Shown piece after piece: positions 37,246-52,900 of a DNA stretch of 64,000 nt. Location of the stretch: positions 1,439,696-1,503,695 of the forward strand of contig JAAOMT010000602.1 of assembly GCA_016748015.1 (NCBI GenBank). Direction: 5' to 3'. This DNA is from Geosiphon pyriformis uo1. Its lineage: Eukaryota; Fungi; Glomeromycota. The translations under genes were made by a program, and so were the position numbers. The notes under the pieces were generated by a model, which was not told where the DNA came from, did not search any database, and was given only the letters and a program-made list of their open reading frames with translations. The first letter of the stretch is position 1, and each line of letters starts with the position of its first letter.

Positions 37246-40200
37246 TTATTACAAATTAGAATAATAAGATAGAATTAATCAAAGGAAATTCAACTTTAAA
37301 GAGCAAATTGAATAAGTATAGATTCAATATGCAAGATTAATTTTATAAAATATCTCAGTTGCTATTTTTTTCAAAAGATAATTGAAGAATCTAAAGATAG
37401 AAAAATAATTTATACTGTTAACAAATAATAACACATTAGTATAATTCTATATCTTATGTCAACATTTTTAAAATTCAATATCAAATATCAAATATATTTT
37501 TTAGTCATGTTTTATTCAATAATTTTCAAATATTACAATTATATAAGTTAGGAAAAAAGTAAGTAAATGCCAATAAGTAATTTGTTATTCTAAGATGTTT
37601 AGATACTTAAAGATAAAAAAAAAAATAAGTAATATAAAAAGGATTAATATAATAATTATTATTTTATTTATTCTTAATTATTTGTTATATTAATTATTTG
37701 TTATATTGATTATTTATTACATTGATACTTTTTACAGCTAAAAAACTTATCACTTATATAGCTATTAAAAGTAATTAACAATTAAATTTATAACTAGGTA
37801 AATAATTACTATTCAAAAATAGAGTAACTAATTATATAATATTAGTGGCTAATACATGTAATAATTAATAAAAACTATGAGTTTTAACCATAATATTATT
37901 TTTTCCAAAAAAATTAAGCTTTAATAAAATCAAGCTATTTATGAGATAATCTATTTGAAGAGTTTTATCTAACTTAAAGCTAACTAGTTTGTTGAAGTTT
38001 TTTGTGGATAAAATATATAATACTTGAAATAAAATAAGTTTTGTATTTAAGAAACCAAATTTTTGTATAAGAGTTTTGGCTTTTTTTGTAATAGTTAAAA
38101 CTCTTGGAACATTTAATTGTATAATGTCCAAAATTTCTATTTGTATTTTTGAAGTTGTTTTCTTTATGAGTTTCATGTTTTCTATAAATTTATTAAAGCA
38201 ATTATAGAGTTTTAATTGTTTTTTATATGACAAATTTTTGTTTATAGACAAAATTTTTTGAATTGTTTTTCCAATTATACTAAAAGATAAGAATATTATC
38301 ACTGTTATACTTTTTAACAAATACTTATTTATTTTGTTACCAATTTTTTTTCTTTTGGTAGTGGTTTTCTTTGGTTTGATAACAGTATGAATTCTACTAT
38401 TATCAGTTATAGTGGTTTGTTTTCTAATAGTCAAAGTAGTATTTGGATAATTTTTGATTTAATACTCATAGAGAATATAGAAAGTGTTTTGAATATTTTA
38501 ATTCAGAAAATAATTGTTTATATTAATTGAAGATACCTCTGTTTTAGAAATAATGTATTTATTTATATCTAATTTTTGTTGATTATTTAGACTGGTATTA
38601 TTAAAACAAGTAATCAATTAGATTGTTTGTAATATTTATTGAATCATATATTATGAACAAGACAATTATTGAAGATTGTTTTATATTAATTTTGTAGAAT
38701 ATATGAACTATTGTTCAAAATTTTGTTGACTATAAAGAATTTTTTTTACTGGCTAGAGAATTTATTGCCATAAATATTGTTTTTGTCTAAGTAATATTCC
38801 AAAACTAAGTTACCAATACTTAAAGAAAATGTTTTATAGATTTTCTTTTTATTAAGTTTTTCTTAGAACTGTTTTATTTTTTTAAAAACAATTATTTGTG
38901 TCTTTACCAAAAAGTCAAGAATAATACTAAGTTTTTTTTGTATAATTTCTTATTGTAATTTCTTCAAAGAGTATTATTTTAATATTAGTTTTTATTGGTA
39001 GAATTGTTATTTATCTATAGAGCAGATAAAAGAGTTTATAACTTATTATGTCATAATTTACAGTTTTATAAGCAAACAAAACTAAAGGCACTATTTTGTT
39101 TCATAAGTTTGTTTATTTATTGGTTTTGGTTAAGGTTTCATATAGTATTTAGTTAAAACATTTTATTAAACTATTGGTTTAAGAGTAATAAAGAAAAGAA
39201 AGTTTATGATATATTCCTATTTTTTTACAAAGTTTTTCAATTAGTGTACTGAAAAAAGCTTTTTTTCTATCAGATAAAATATCTTTATAAATAAAATTGG
39301 CTATTAAAACTGCTGTTTGATCTAAAATGGGTCTTGCTTCTATCCACTTTATAAAATAATTAGTAGCTGTGATAATATATCTGTTGCTATTAAGAGTTAC
39401 TATTAAAGATTTAACAACATCTATATCATTTCTGTTAAATAGTTAATCAACAGAGATTAGATGAATATTTTCTTTGTAATTGGGGGGTTTTTTTTTGACA
39501 AGTATTACAGATTTTAATGTATTCAACAATGTATTTTTCCAAGATAAACCAATAATAATGAGCTAAAATTTTCTGAATTGTTTTTGTTTTTTTAAAATAT
39601 TCAGCTAATAGATTAGTGTGTATATTGTAAATTACAATTTCACTTTTTTTAAATCTGATGACTTTTTAAAAATGATTAGAATTTTTTCTGTTTTTTTATA
39701 TAACTAGTTTTGATGGATTAAATAAAAATTGAATTGTTTACATAAATGTTCTTTTTATTGTTAATTGTATTCCAGTAAGTATTGTTCTTTACCCAAAAAT
39801 TCTATTAGTATAAAATAGTTGTTCAAGTCTATTATTATGTTTATTTTAAAGGAAGTTATTAATAATTAGGTTGGTTTGGTTTGTGAAAATTGTACTATTA
39901 CTAGATGGTAAGTTTAGAAAAAACATTAGGATTTTTATTCATAGAAAGTTAGGAATTTTAATAAGGATATAAAGTAGCCAATTAGAAATAAACATACTAA
40001 AAAAAGAGGAATTTCAGAATTCCTCTTAAAAAATTATAAGATTCTAAGAAGTCCAAAATTTCTGGCTAGAAGAATTAAAAAAATCCAAAAAATCTCATAT
40101 AACATTAATTATGTATATATAGCAAAAATATTAAAAGCAGAAAAAAAGAATTCAGTTCAGAATTAATACTAACAATCAATTTATTATTCAATACTCTTCC

Positions 40201-43200
40201 TTTCAAAAAATAGTTTTTATAACTTAAAATGAAATTAAATTACATATCAATAAAAATCCATTTTTATCTGAATTCAAGTCATTATCACTTGATTAAAAAA
40301 TATAAAAAATCACTTTTACTCTATTAAATACTTTATGTTGATAGACTTTAATACTTAACTATACTAAATTAAAAGCTCTTAATTATGAGTATTGATGAGA
40401 TACTAATTTTATTGTTTTTTCTTATTTTTTTTTGTTTTTTTTTGTTTTATTTTTTTGTTGTTTACTAACTGATTAAAAGATTAATATATGGAGTTATTAA
40501 CATTAAAAAGTATTGGTAAAAAATCTAGGAAACAAATATAGAAATTCGAAAATTGAGAATAGCTTACCAAGAAAAATTAGCCATTAAACTAAGAAAAAAA
40601 TTCACAAAATAAACTTTTAGAAGGGTATGAAAACAGTTATTAAATCTCTGTTTATTATACAAAAGACTTTATTAAAACTTTCAAATTACCAAAACCTTTA
40701 GATATTACTAATTGTACCAGCTATTAAATACCAAGTTATGGATTTGTTATTTGTATTAATATTTCAAATAATTACCTATAACAGTGTTTTGTAATTTGTT
40801 TCTTTGTAATATTAAATGTTATAGTTGAATTCATCCAAGTGAAGTATTTAGTAAGTTATCTATTTATGTACCAGCTTTTTTTTGTTGTATAGCCAAACCA
40901 AAACTTAGTAATCTATTATTACTAAAAACTTTACACCAAAAAATATTTGTCTTAGTAACTAATAGTCCAAACTACTAATAAGTATTCTTGTTTAGTAACT
41001 AAATAATTCTGTTTTACTGGTAAAAATGTTTTATTAATATATGCTATAGCATGTTTTTTGTCTTTTTTATATTTTTGTGAAAAAACAGCATCAAGTTTAT
41101 AGTCAAATATATTAGTATAAAAGATAAAAAATTGATTCAGATTAGGTTGCATAAGAATAAATTCTGTAATCAATTTTTTTTTTAATGGTTTAAATACTTT
41201 TTATTGATATTTATTTCAGCAGTAATTAATATTTTTTTTAAGTAGCTGATTAAAAAATAAAACAATTTAGAGAAATTTTTGACAAATTTTTGATAATAGG
41301 AGACCAAATCAAGAAAAAAATATAGTTTATGAACATTTATTGGTTGCTTAATGTTTTGGACTTTTTTAATCTTGGCTGGATTAGAAAAAATTTTATTTTT
41401 TGTGATAAAATAACTGAAAAACTATGTGAATTATTGTCCAAAAAAAAATCTGATTGAATTAATCTTAAGACCAACATTTTTAAGAAGATCAAAAACTTTT
41501 TGCAAATATTTAAGATATACATTTCAGATTTTTGAGTATATCATTATATTATTTAAGTAAATTAAAACAAAATTTTTTTTAACTAATTTGAATATTTTGT
41601 TTATCAAGTATTAAAAGGTAAAAGAAGCATTAATAAGACCAAAAGACATAACTGTGAATTCATAAATGCCATATTTAATAATAAAAGCAGTTTTTTTTCT
41701 GCTTTCTAAATTCATTTCTACTTGCCAAAATCCAATAGTTAACTCAATAGTTGAGAAAAAAGCAGTACTATTAAACTTATTTAGCATTGCATCAATCTTA
41801 AAAAGTAGATATATGTCTCTTTTAGTAATAGTATTTAATTAGCAGTTATTAATATAAAAGCAAAGAATTCTATCTTTTTTGGATATCTTTATAATTGAAA
41901 AGACCTATTTACTTTTAATTTCTTGTATAAATCTAAGATTTTTTATTTGGTTTATTTTTTTTTTGATAAACTTATTATTGTAATGATTGAATTAATAGAG
42001 CTTCAAATAGATAATATAAATTTCTTTAATAGTGATAATATATTGTATTATATAGATATATTTAAGAGCATTATTTTTTGAAATAACTGGACTGTTTCTA
42101 GCCAACAGATTTTCAATGTCTATCTTTCTTTTTTCTGAAAAGAGTTTTTTTTGCTTTATTATTAATGACTATATCTTTGATAGTTTATTCTTTAAAAACT
42201 TTTGTATTTTTTGTATTTTTTCTTTTGATATTAAGCTAATAGATTCTCAATCTTTGTAATAGATCAAACAGGATTTGTATTCATCACTAGGGGAATACAA
42301 AGATTTATTACACTAATATTAGACATAAAAACCATGTCACTAATAATTATATTTGGCTTTCTTGCCAGATTTCTGGTCAAAGATTCTTTTAAGTATATTA
42401 TAATAAGACCAACAAATTATTTTGTTATTTACAATAATCTCTTTTTTATTTGTTTTGACATTATTTAATAGCTTGCTATTGTTAATTAAGATAGTATAAA
42501 CAAGTTTAGCAGTTTTTTTTTGTTCTTTTTTTTCATCACTTTTTTTATTATTTGATTCATTTAATTGTTTTTTTTCTGAGTTTTGCTTGAGTACTAAAGG
42601 AGTTGTCCAATAGTGACACTTAACTATAATGGGTTTTTCATTACATCTAATAATTAGTTCACATAGCTTATAGTTAAGTAAAATTTTGGCTTTCTTAAGT
42701 CATTTATTGCCAACAATTATGGTATACTCTTTGGCTTTAAATACTTCCATGTTAATTTTAATGTTAATATCATTAATACAGATAAAAACAGCTTTGGTAA
42801 TACCAAGTTTTTTTTTTGTCATCATGCACATTGGTTATAGATTTGGTTGAGAATTTGTCTATTTTTCTGCCAATAGCTTCAAAAAAGTATTTGGCAATAA
42901 CACTAACAGATAATTTACTGTCTAAGATCAAGTTAATAAAGTAACTAGCCACTTGTGCTTTATAAATCAAAGGAGTAATATTGCTATTATTAGCAAGTTC
43001 AATATGGTAAGGACACTTGTTGGTTTTTGGTATTTTTTTTAAAAATTAAGGATTTGTGAAGATTTTTTTTGAACTGTAAATGGTTTATTAATTGGCCAAA
43101 GGTTATATGTGCTGGGGTTTCTATGAGATTTTTAACAACAGAATAAAAACCAGATTTTTGTACTATTTCTGAGAGTTCCAATTTTGAGAGATTTTTAAAA

Positions 43201-43920
43201 ACTTTAGCTTTTGGTAACTTATTGTTATCAATAATTAATATGGAAGCTTTATTAAAATCTAAGGCAAAATTAACTTTGGTTTTTTTTTTCTTGTTGAATT
43301 AGAAAAGTTGATTGCCAGTTTATCTATATTATGATCATTATCAGTTAAGTTAAAAGTGTAAAAGAAATTTTCTTCTGATTGATTTGTATTTTCACTCTTT
43401 GAAGATGTATTTATTAGTTTAAAGACTAATAAACAATAGCTTTAACAAAGAGATTTTCTCCACATAAATTAATATTAACATAATTAGTTCTTTGATTAAA
43501 GATATTATTATTGTTAAATTTGTTGTTTTGAGTATTATTGTTTCTAAGAGCTAGAAAAGACAATAGAGAATTGTTGCAATCTCTGAAAAAGTGTCCAGTT
43601 AATTTACAGTGATAACATATTGGTGAGCTATAATTTTGCTGTTTTTGATAAGAAAGCTGCTAAAACTGATTAAAGTATGATTCAAATCTGGATTTTTGTT
43701 ATTGTTCCAATGTGGTTAAGTATCAGTTACTATTAACATGGAGTGTTGATAATAGAAAATAGATTTGAGATAGCAAATATTTATTTTATTAGATAATTGT
43801 GATTTGAAAGGTTGCTTAGATTAAATCTAAAACTGAGAGGTCTCTAACTAAAAGATTCTACTTTTTCTATTTCTAATGCTACTGCTATATATATCTAATT
43901 GATATTCTATGAAATCACTC
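37246..43920 (-). mobile_element. Old decayed Ty3/gypsy element (gag C-terminus, protease, RT, RNase H, integrase, downstream ORF, probable LTR ~37246-37863); no dUTPase seen
   Basis: Zinc knuckle CYHCKLTGHFFRDC (~43575-43620); protease LILDSKLSVS (~42920); RT remnants 41300-42050; RNase H 'FYTNIFDYKLDAVFSQ...AIAYINKTFLPVKQNY'; integrase remnants 39000-39830. LTR limits are tentative. Confidence 0.8.
39933..40783 (+). repeat. Solo LTR-A-like copy inserted at the RNase H/integrase junction of the old gypsy element
   Basis: Collinear with 11976-12873 (agccaattagaaata, gaatt repeats, tatgtatatatag, end aattacctataaca); TSD not clean. Confidence 0.78.
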
Positions 43921-46900
43921 ATATTCTTAAGTGATGTGGTATAATTTCTTAAGCAATGTGCCCTAATTTTCTAACATTGCTTCACATTGCTAAGCAATGT
44001 GTTGTGATTTTTGATATTGCTCTATATTGCTAAGCAATGTGCTTATATGCTAATCATTACTCTCTTATTGGTCTACTATTTTTCTTATATCTGTTTTTTT
44101 TTATGAGTAACATTATTTCCTCCTTTTAATATTGAGCTCCATCGAAATTCTTATTTTGAATTATGTCAAATACTTTTTTTTCCAGTAGTGTTGTTACAGG
44201 ATGGTTTTTTTGTTATATTTAATTGCTGATATCCCGCTTTAATTGCAATCAGTCTTTCGTGAGTTCCTCAATTCTATTTGTGTGATAATGTCACTGTTAC
44301 ACTGAAGGCTTTCTTTTTACTGTTGTGATGTAAGTTATTCTTTAATTCTTGATTGTTGTGTGTGTTTATGTACTCCTTCTCAGAGGCTGAACTGAAATCT
44401 ACCCACTGTCTGGGGTCTTCTCTGAGGCTATCCTTGCAATTGCCTGATGTGTTTCTCTAATCTAGAAACACAGAATGTTAATGGTCTTTAGNNNNNNNNN
44501 NNNNNNNNNNNATTCTTTTTCATTTCTTTTTGATTTTAAAGGTTTCTTGGGATATTTAATTTGAAAGTATGATTTAAAGTGGAGTTTGTTGGATAAAATT
44601 GGATCTATTGCTTGATAAGTTATGATTTTTATTACTTGATTGATTTTTTCCCAATATTAAAACTACTGTATATATACATGTTTGTAGTTCTACGAGAAAA
44701 TACTTTCTTTTTGATATTTCAACCTGGTGCTTGCTGCTATCACCAGTTGGTGTTGGCTGCTATTGTGAACTAGTGCTTGCCACTATCGCGAGATGGTGTT
44801 TGCTACTATGTTAATCATTACCTTTCTAAGATTATTACTGTGCTATATTATGGATGAATAGTTTGTATTATTTTTATGATTCTTTTTGCTAAATTCTTAA
44901 ACCATAACAGTGTCTGTTCCATCTTATTCTTTATTTTTTCAATTTGTGAGTTGTTTATTTTTTCCCATTGGTTGATGGTTATTGTTTCTATGTTTAAGTG
45001 TAACAATACTTCTGGGTAGTTTTGAAATATAGTATGTAGTCAATAAATAATTCTAATGTGTAATGTCAAATTTGTTTTCTTTCTAATAATGTCTTCAATG
45101 TTCTGGATTATTTTTTGATTAAAGATTCTCTTGGATTTGTCAAGATATAACTTCTGAATATCTACTTTTCATCCCAATTGATAGTAGCAGTATAGTATTA
45201 GAAGTTGGTCTATCCATTTGTTTTAATTTTCTTTTGCCAGTTCTTTTGTTGGAACTGTGATGGTTATCTTTCCAAAAGTGTTCTTTACTTTTTCTACTAT
45301 TTTATCCGACCAGTTTATTGATTGTTTTTGTGGTTGTTGGTATGATGTACTTTTCTCTTTTTGTTTGGTGTTTTGATAACAGATTGTTTGGTTGTTGACA
45401 ATAATTTCCATGTTTACTTGCTGTTGACTTAAAGCCTGAAACAACTGTTGAGCTAAAGTGTGAATGTGGTCTGGTATTTCCATTTTTCTTTGTTGCTTTT
45501 GTCACGTATACTGTGTCTTTATATACTCTTTTGGTTATTCAATTGGATGTATTTGGTTCAATAATTATGATTGATTCCAGATCTTATGAAATCTCATCTG
45601 GTTGAATTAGTATTCTCTGTACTTCTAACTGTAGAATATTACTGGTGGATGATGATACTGTATGATAATATAGTTTTAATTGATCACTATGTACTGCTTT
45701 GGCTAAAATTTTGTTGTCCCATCTTAATTTATAAGCTTCATTTCCAAGAATTTCTTTTATGTGAAATGGTCTATCCCATTTGGAGTCAAATTTTCTACTC
45801 CATTGTTTTTTGGCTTTGGTATGATATAAGAGTACTTTATCTCCAATCTTGAATTCAACTGGTTTATCTAGTAGTTGGTTATCATGTCTTTCTTTTTGTG
45901 ACTTTTGAATGTTGTCAGCTGCTCTTTGTTATTTGTTTTCTAGTGTCTCCATTAAGTCATATATTCTTCTTAGCAATGTTCTTTAAAAATTCTCTTTTGT
46001 TATTAGTTCTGTTGGATATGTTTTAACTTTTATCTCAACTGGTAATGTTACTGTTTTACTATATACTAATTCAAATAGTGTTGCTTGTGTAGTATCTTGC
46101 TTTATTGTTTGATAAGCAAATAATACTGATGGTATAAACAAATCCCATTCATCTTGATTTTTTTGGCTGATCTTGGCTATTGTTTCACACAATGTTCTGT
46201 TGAATCTTTCAACTAACTCATTTGTTTGTAGATAATATGGTAATGATAATGGTCTTTTAATTCCAAATTTTTGACTTAGTTCTGCTAATGTTTTATTTAC
46301 AAAGTGAGTTTCTTGATCTGTAATAGCTTTTTTGGACATCCATGTTGGCAAATCAAATTTTGATGAATGAATTCAGCAATGGATTCTGCATCTGCTCTTT
46401 GAATGGCTTTTGCTTCTGGCTATTTAGTAAGATAATTTACATCTACTGCAATATATTTGTTGTCTCTACTAGTAATTATTAGTGGTCTGACTAAATCAAT
46501 TCCAATGTGATTAAATGGTTGTCTTACTTTGATCAGTCTCAATAGTTCACTGGGTCTTGTTTTTCCTCTTTTCTGACAAGCATCACAATTTTGAAAATAT
46601 TGTATGATGTCTAAATACATAAATGGCCAATAATATCTTTTTCTGGTTCTTTCTATGGTTGCTTCTTTATGAAAATGTTCTGCTGTTAGATCTGAATACA
46701 TGTTGAATAATATTATCTATTTTTCTGGTTTTGTAATTACTCTGGTTGGTTGATCTGGATTTTTTTTTTCTGGTAAAGTATGTTTTGATGATTGATAAAA
46801 TATTTTGATTGTTGTTTTATGTTGTTTTGTTTTTTTTGAGATAAATTCTTCTTGAACAATTGGGTATTTATATAGTATTGGAATTGTTGATATTTTTGTG

Positions 46901-49900
46901 TATTTATCTTTTGTTATATTTTTGTTGAATTGGTTTGATTTTGGATTGAGATGTTCAGATTTGTTTCATTTATAACAAACCATCAGCATTTCTATTGTCT
47001 TTTCTTTTTTTATAATATATGGTATAAGTATATAATAAGAGTGCTATTTTTCATCTTAATTGTCATCCATCTCCAAACTTTTGTTTTTAGAGTGATGTCA
47101 ATTTTTTGTGATCTGTATACACATCAAATTTCTGGCTTAAGTATTTACTCTATTTTATAACTGCCTAATATATAGCTAAGTGCTCTAATTCTGATGTTCC
47201 ATAGTTCTTTTTTGCTGGAATTAAACCTTGGCTGGCATATGCTACTGAATGATTTCTTTTATCTGGTTCTCTCTAAGATAATACCACTTCCAATGCTTGG
47301 TCTAATGCATCAATGATAATAATGAATGGTTTGTTGTAATCTGAATAGATCAGTACCAGAGCTTGTATAAGCTTTTTTTTTAAAATATCAAAAGCTTCTT
47401 ATTGTATTTCAGTCTATTCATATTTTACATTTTTGGTTTGGAGATAATTAAGTAGTTGGGCTATTTTAGAAAAGTTCTTAATGAAGCATCAATAATAGTC
47501 TGCAAATCCCAAAAATGATTTCAATTCAGTCATGTTGGTTGAAACTGGAAAGTTTTTTACTATTTTTATCTTTTTTATATTAATTTTGATACTGTTTTTG
47601 CTTATAATATGTCTTAAAAATTTTAGCTCTGTTTTGCCAAAAAAGTATTTGGTAGCATTTAACTTTAGTCCTGCTTGTTATAGCCTTTTGAACACTTGCT
47701 GTAAATGATGCAGATGATCATCAAATGTCTTGGAGAACACATTGATGTCATCTAGATAAATGATTACTGATTTTTACAATAAGCTGGTGTATACAATTTC
47801 CATTAGTCATTGGAACATGACTGGTATATTTGTTAAGCTGAATGGCATAACTTCAAATTCAAAATTTCTCTTTCTTGTAGTGAACATCATTTTCTCTTTG
47901 TTGGCTGAATTCATGGCTACTTGCCAGTAACCACTATCTAGATCTAATGTCGAGAACCATTTATTTTCTCTAAAAGCATCAAATAGCTCTTGGATCTGTG
48001 GAGTTGGATAGCTATTTCTATGAGTGACTCCATTGAGTTTTCTATAGTCTACATAAAATCGAATTTTTCTATTCTTCTTATAGACCAGTACCACTGGTGA
48101 TGACCATAAGCTTATTAATAACTGAATTAGCCTGTTGTCCAGCATCCAATTGATTTCTTGATGGATGATCTCATGGCTTGCTAGTAGTACTCTGTATGCT
48201 CTTTGTTTGATTGGCATTGCATCTCCAGTTTTGATCTGATGCTGAATAATATCAGTTCTGCCAAATTCATTCTCACTTGCAAAAATGTCCTTCAAATTGT
48301 TGAGCAACATCTTGAGTTGCATACATTGTAGTGAGTCTAAGTTTTTTATGTTTATTTGTTCCAATTGTTCTGGTTGAAGCAAATAATATTCATTTCATCT
48401 ATATATTGTTTGTAATGTAATATCAACATATCTACAAAGCTGTAGAAAATCTGAAATGGGGTTTGGTGATTGGTTTTCTATTTCTGTGCTTAAATATCCA
48501 ATAATAGTTCTCTTCAATAGTTCAATAATATTTTCTGTGTTATTGTAGATGAGAATTTTGATATGACTATAATTTTTTGCTGGTATGTGAATATTGATGA
48601 GTTCAATCTTTTCTGATTCACAAAGATTTGATTCAGCTTCAAAAATCTGGTTTTGATTCTTCACTTTTCTTTCTATTGCTAACATGTACTGGTCATATGG
48701 TAGAATGAAAATTGATTAACGGATTGAGATAATTTCTCTTTTGTCAACAACTTCTTTTTTTACTATATTAACTGGTATGTCTATTCTACCTGTTGATTTG
48801 AATCCTTGTATTCTTCTTGCTGTTATTCCTAACTCTTCTTATTTTCTCACTAAAACTAACTAAGCTACTTTAATCAGAGACAGGAATATTGCCTGTGCTA
48901 TTTTTTTGTTTGGCTCTATGATATAGGCTTTTTTTGAGTCATTTTGTAGCATTGTGATAATATTTCCTACATATCCTGTGTCAATTATTTCTTCTTTTAT
49001 ATTTATCCTTTTCTTCACTAAATTACTCCTAGATGCTAACTAAACTATTATCATTGCTGGTATTTTCATGGCAATTTTCAGATCAATGCAGATGTGCAAA
49101 TGTGGTTCCAATTTAATGGCATCTTTTTCTGAATACCTTAAATCAAACTTAGCATCAGTATTATGCACATGTTTTGGCATGATATCTTTATTGTTGTTAC
49201 TATACCATCTGAGTTTCTGTTTCTTGGAAAGATTAGGAAGCATGATGTATGTTTTGGGGTTTGAATTGGAATCTGAATTGCTATTATTTTCCTTGCCATA
49301 TTGAGCAGAACTGGAACCATTGTTTTCATTGTTATTGTTGTTGGAGTTTGAATTGGGATTGTAAATTGATTCCAATTCTGATGTGCAGCTGCTAATTGGT
49401 TTTTCTTCCTCTGAGATTATGTAGATCATGCATGGTGGTAGATTGTAAATGAGATCATATTCATTACAATATTGGAAGTCACAGGGAATTAGGCAGTGTT
49501 GACACAGTCAAATATTCAACTGTTCCAAACATTGCTCTTGTTCTTTTCTTGTGAGCATTAATTCTTGGTAGTGTTTATAAAATTGTTTTGGATTCAGAAA
49601 ATTTATGATGGGCTCTGGGTCCCAGTTAAGTTCTATGGATTCTAAAGAGTTATTTTTGATTGCTTTTATTTCTTTGGACAATGTTTTTTCAATTTTGGTG
49701 AGTGTCATATGCCATATTTTATCATCATCATGTGGACAACTGTTCAGATATTTGACTGCTCATCTCCAAGCAGCTTCAATAAGAGTCTTTTTTCTTATTC
49801 AGTTGCTTATTAAAATTGTGTATTGGCACAATTCATTACACGTTCCTCCATGTTTTGGAATGTTATTTCATATTCCTTCATTTAGAAGAGTTTCTCCACA

Positions 49901-52900
49901 AGCCAAGCATAATTCATTATTCCATTTTTCCACTCATTTTGGCCTTCCAAAGCATTCAAAGATGCATGGATGGCAATAAAACTTAGTTGTCATTGGATAT
50001 TCTTCATTGTCACTACAGCATACATCTATTGACAACAATTTCTTGTCATAATTGATACACACTAGTTTAAGTTGGTGATAGTTAGACAAATGTAATGAAG
50101 TATAGGTGTATAGAATATAAGTGGTGGTTTGGGCTGTTTTTTCTTCCTTTCCTTTCCTTTTTTTTTTGTTATTCTCTTCTTACTCCCAAATTGGTAGCTT
50201 GTCCTGGTTGTTGTTAGTTTCCCAGGTTTGATTGGTATTTTAAGTAAGCTCCTCTCTTTGTTTTCTCTTTCCCTTGTTGTCTCAAGAAAGTATTGATAGT
50301 AGTTTGTTGTGGTCATCATCAGCCCAGAAAACTTGATATGCTTCTCAGGTGGGTTTTTCTTTTTTGTTATCAAACTCAATGAGTAGTGCTGGCATGTTAA
50401 TAGTCTTGAAATGGTCACATGTGGCTGATACACATATGTGTTGACTGTTCTGACTAAGTTGAAGCTCTTGTGTGTTCCAATCAAGCATTACATTGGTTTT
50501 GGACAGCCAATCATTACCAACAAGTGCTTAGTATTGAGTGGTTTTCATAACTAATACCTTGATTAGTATTATGATGCCATTTATTTCTATAGGAAGGTCA
50601 TCAATCTTGCTGATTGGAGTTTTGGTCACTTCATCTGCAGTGATGATTCTTGTGCTGGCAGCTCAATCAACTTGGTAACCTAATTGGTCTATGAGTTGTT
50701 TTGTGATAATATTGCCAGTTGATCTACTATCTAAGATCAGTTTGATGAAGTGGCCATCAACTTTGGCATCAGTGTACATCACAGTAATGGGTTTTTTTTT
50801 GAGAGTGGCTTCACTAAACAAGGAGACTTCTGATGGTTCATCGATTTCAAAGGAAAATATAGCTGCAAGTGACTCATTTTTTATAATGGTGGCTGGTAAA
50901 ATGTTACTAATAAGTGTTGATTGTTGGTTGAATTCTAGGTTATTGGGTTGGGCATCTTCTGGAGTAACTAGGAGACTTAAATAGTATTGGAAATTCAGGT
51001 TTTGGGCATACCCAATTTCCAAATTCTGAGAACATAATCTTAATTGTTGCATAGAAAAGCTGGCAATCAGTTGGTGAACAATCATTGTCGATCTCCAATT
51101 TTGAGTAACTTTCAATCTAGGGTTTCTTAATGTTATCTGAGCTGAGTTTGGTGGCAGTGTTTAAACCTGTTGTGGTTAATAGATTACTTATGACTGTAAT
51201 TGATATATTACTTGTGGCTGCGATTGATATATTACCAGTATTGGCATTTGATAAGTTGGGATTTGATAAAGTAATTGCTGCATCATTGGCAGGTAAGTGA
51301 GTTGATATTGATCTTGATTTGAGTAATAATTTGGAGTTTAAAATCTGCAATCAGGGTTTCAATATTGATTTCCTGATCATAGATTATTATTATAAAATTG
51401 ACAATTGGCTCTAATGTAATCTTGTTTATCACAGTTGTGGCAGATATGCGTCTCTTGCTGTCATGGCTGATTGGTTGATGAAAATAGACATGATTGGGTT
51501 TGGAAACAATTGACATTTTCTTGATTATTGTGTTATTATGGCAGTTGATAAATTGCCTAATGATTATTAGCTAAGTATCTCTTGATTTTCTGATTGATGA
51601 AATTATTGATTTGTTTCAATTTGGAATCCAAGTCAGATAATTTATTCATTACTAGATTTACAGCTTGAACATGATTAGCTTTGAGTTCAGTTAATTCAAA
51701 ATCTCGGGCATAGGTGACTATGGCTTAAAGAGTGGCTGAATGTAATGAACATACGTGTTGTAAAATGCTATTGCACAGGCCACGAATGAACTAGTTGAGA
51801 ATCTGTGGCTCTGTAAAATATGCAGTGTTAATTGCTTGAATTTGGCACAAGACTTTATGAAAGTATCCTAGATAGATTGTGACTGCTTTAGTATTATTTT
51901 GTTTGATTATGGTAAAAGTATTGGCTAAGTGATTAATACTATTATTATTGCTAAAATATTTCAAGAATTCAGTTTTGAATTGTTGAACAATTTGTGGTGA
52001 GGTGGCTAAACTTTGATACCAGGAATTGGTAGTTTCTTTAAGGAAGTATGAGATTGTCTGTAGAGTTCTTGTATCATCCCAATTATTGGCAATAATGGCC
52101 TTGGTGACATCATTAATTCATGCTTGGGCATTGTTTTCTTTATCAGTAAAGTTTTCTAACCTAGCAATTGGTGCATAAGCCATTGGTTATTGTACTGGTG
52201 GTTGTTGAAGTTGTTGTTGTGGCTGTTAAAGCAGCTGCTGTGGTTGTTGAAGTAATACTTGTAGCTGTTGAATCTGCTAGTATGGTTGTTGTAGTGGCTG
52301 GCCAATCAATTTAACTGGTAGTTAATCAATAACAATAACTGGAGGTAAGTTTTGCTGATTAATTAAATCAGAGTTTTGATTGTTCTGATTTTGTGGTGTT
52401 TGAATATTCAGAGTTTCAATTTCTGGATTTTCTAAATTTGGGTTTTTCTGAGTTTGAAGATTTGGGGTTTCAATTTTCGGGTTTTTCAGGATTGAGTTTT
52501 GGTAAGTAAATTTCTGATCCTTACTTTTTTTTTCTTCTGATTCCATTACTTTTCATGAATTTGTGGTTCCGAAATCTAATTGAGATAGCAGTGATTGAAA
52601 TCCTAATGGCATTGGTAATCACAATTTAAATCCTTCAAAGTATTTGCCATATGGTCTTAATAACTCTGCTCTTTTTTGTTTACTTTGAAATAAGAATCAT
52701 CCAAAGATTGATGTCACATTTGATGTGGATGTGTTTGCTGAAAAGATATTGATGGCACTTTTTGGAATATAATGGTATGATGAATTGGTTGGGAATTTAA
52801 CTCTGGTTTTTTTTTAAGTGGATGGTTGTATCTTTTTGAATGTTACTGCTGGTGTTTGCAATCTTTTTTTGCCTTTGTTTGCATAGGTAATAGAAAATTG

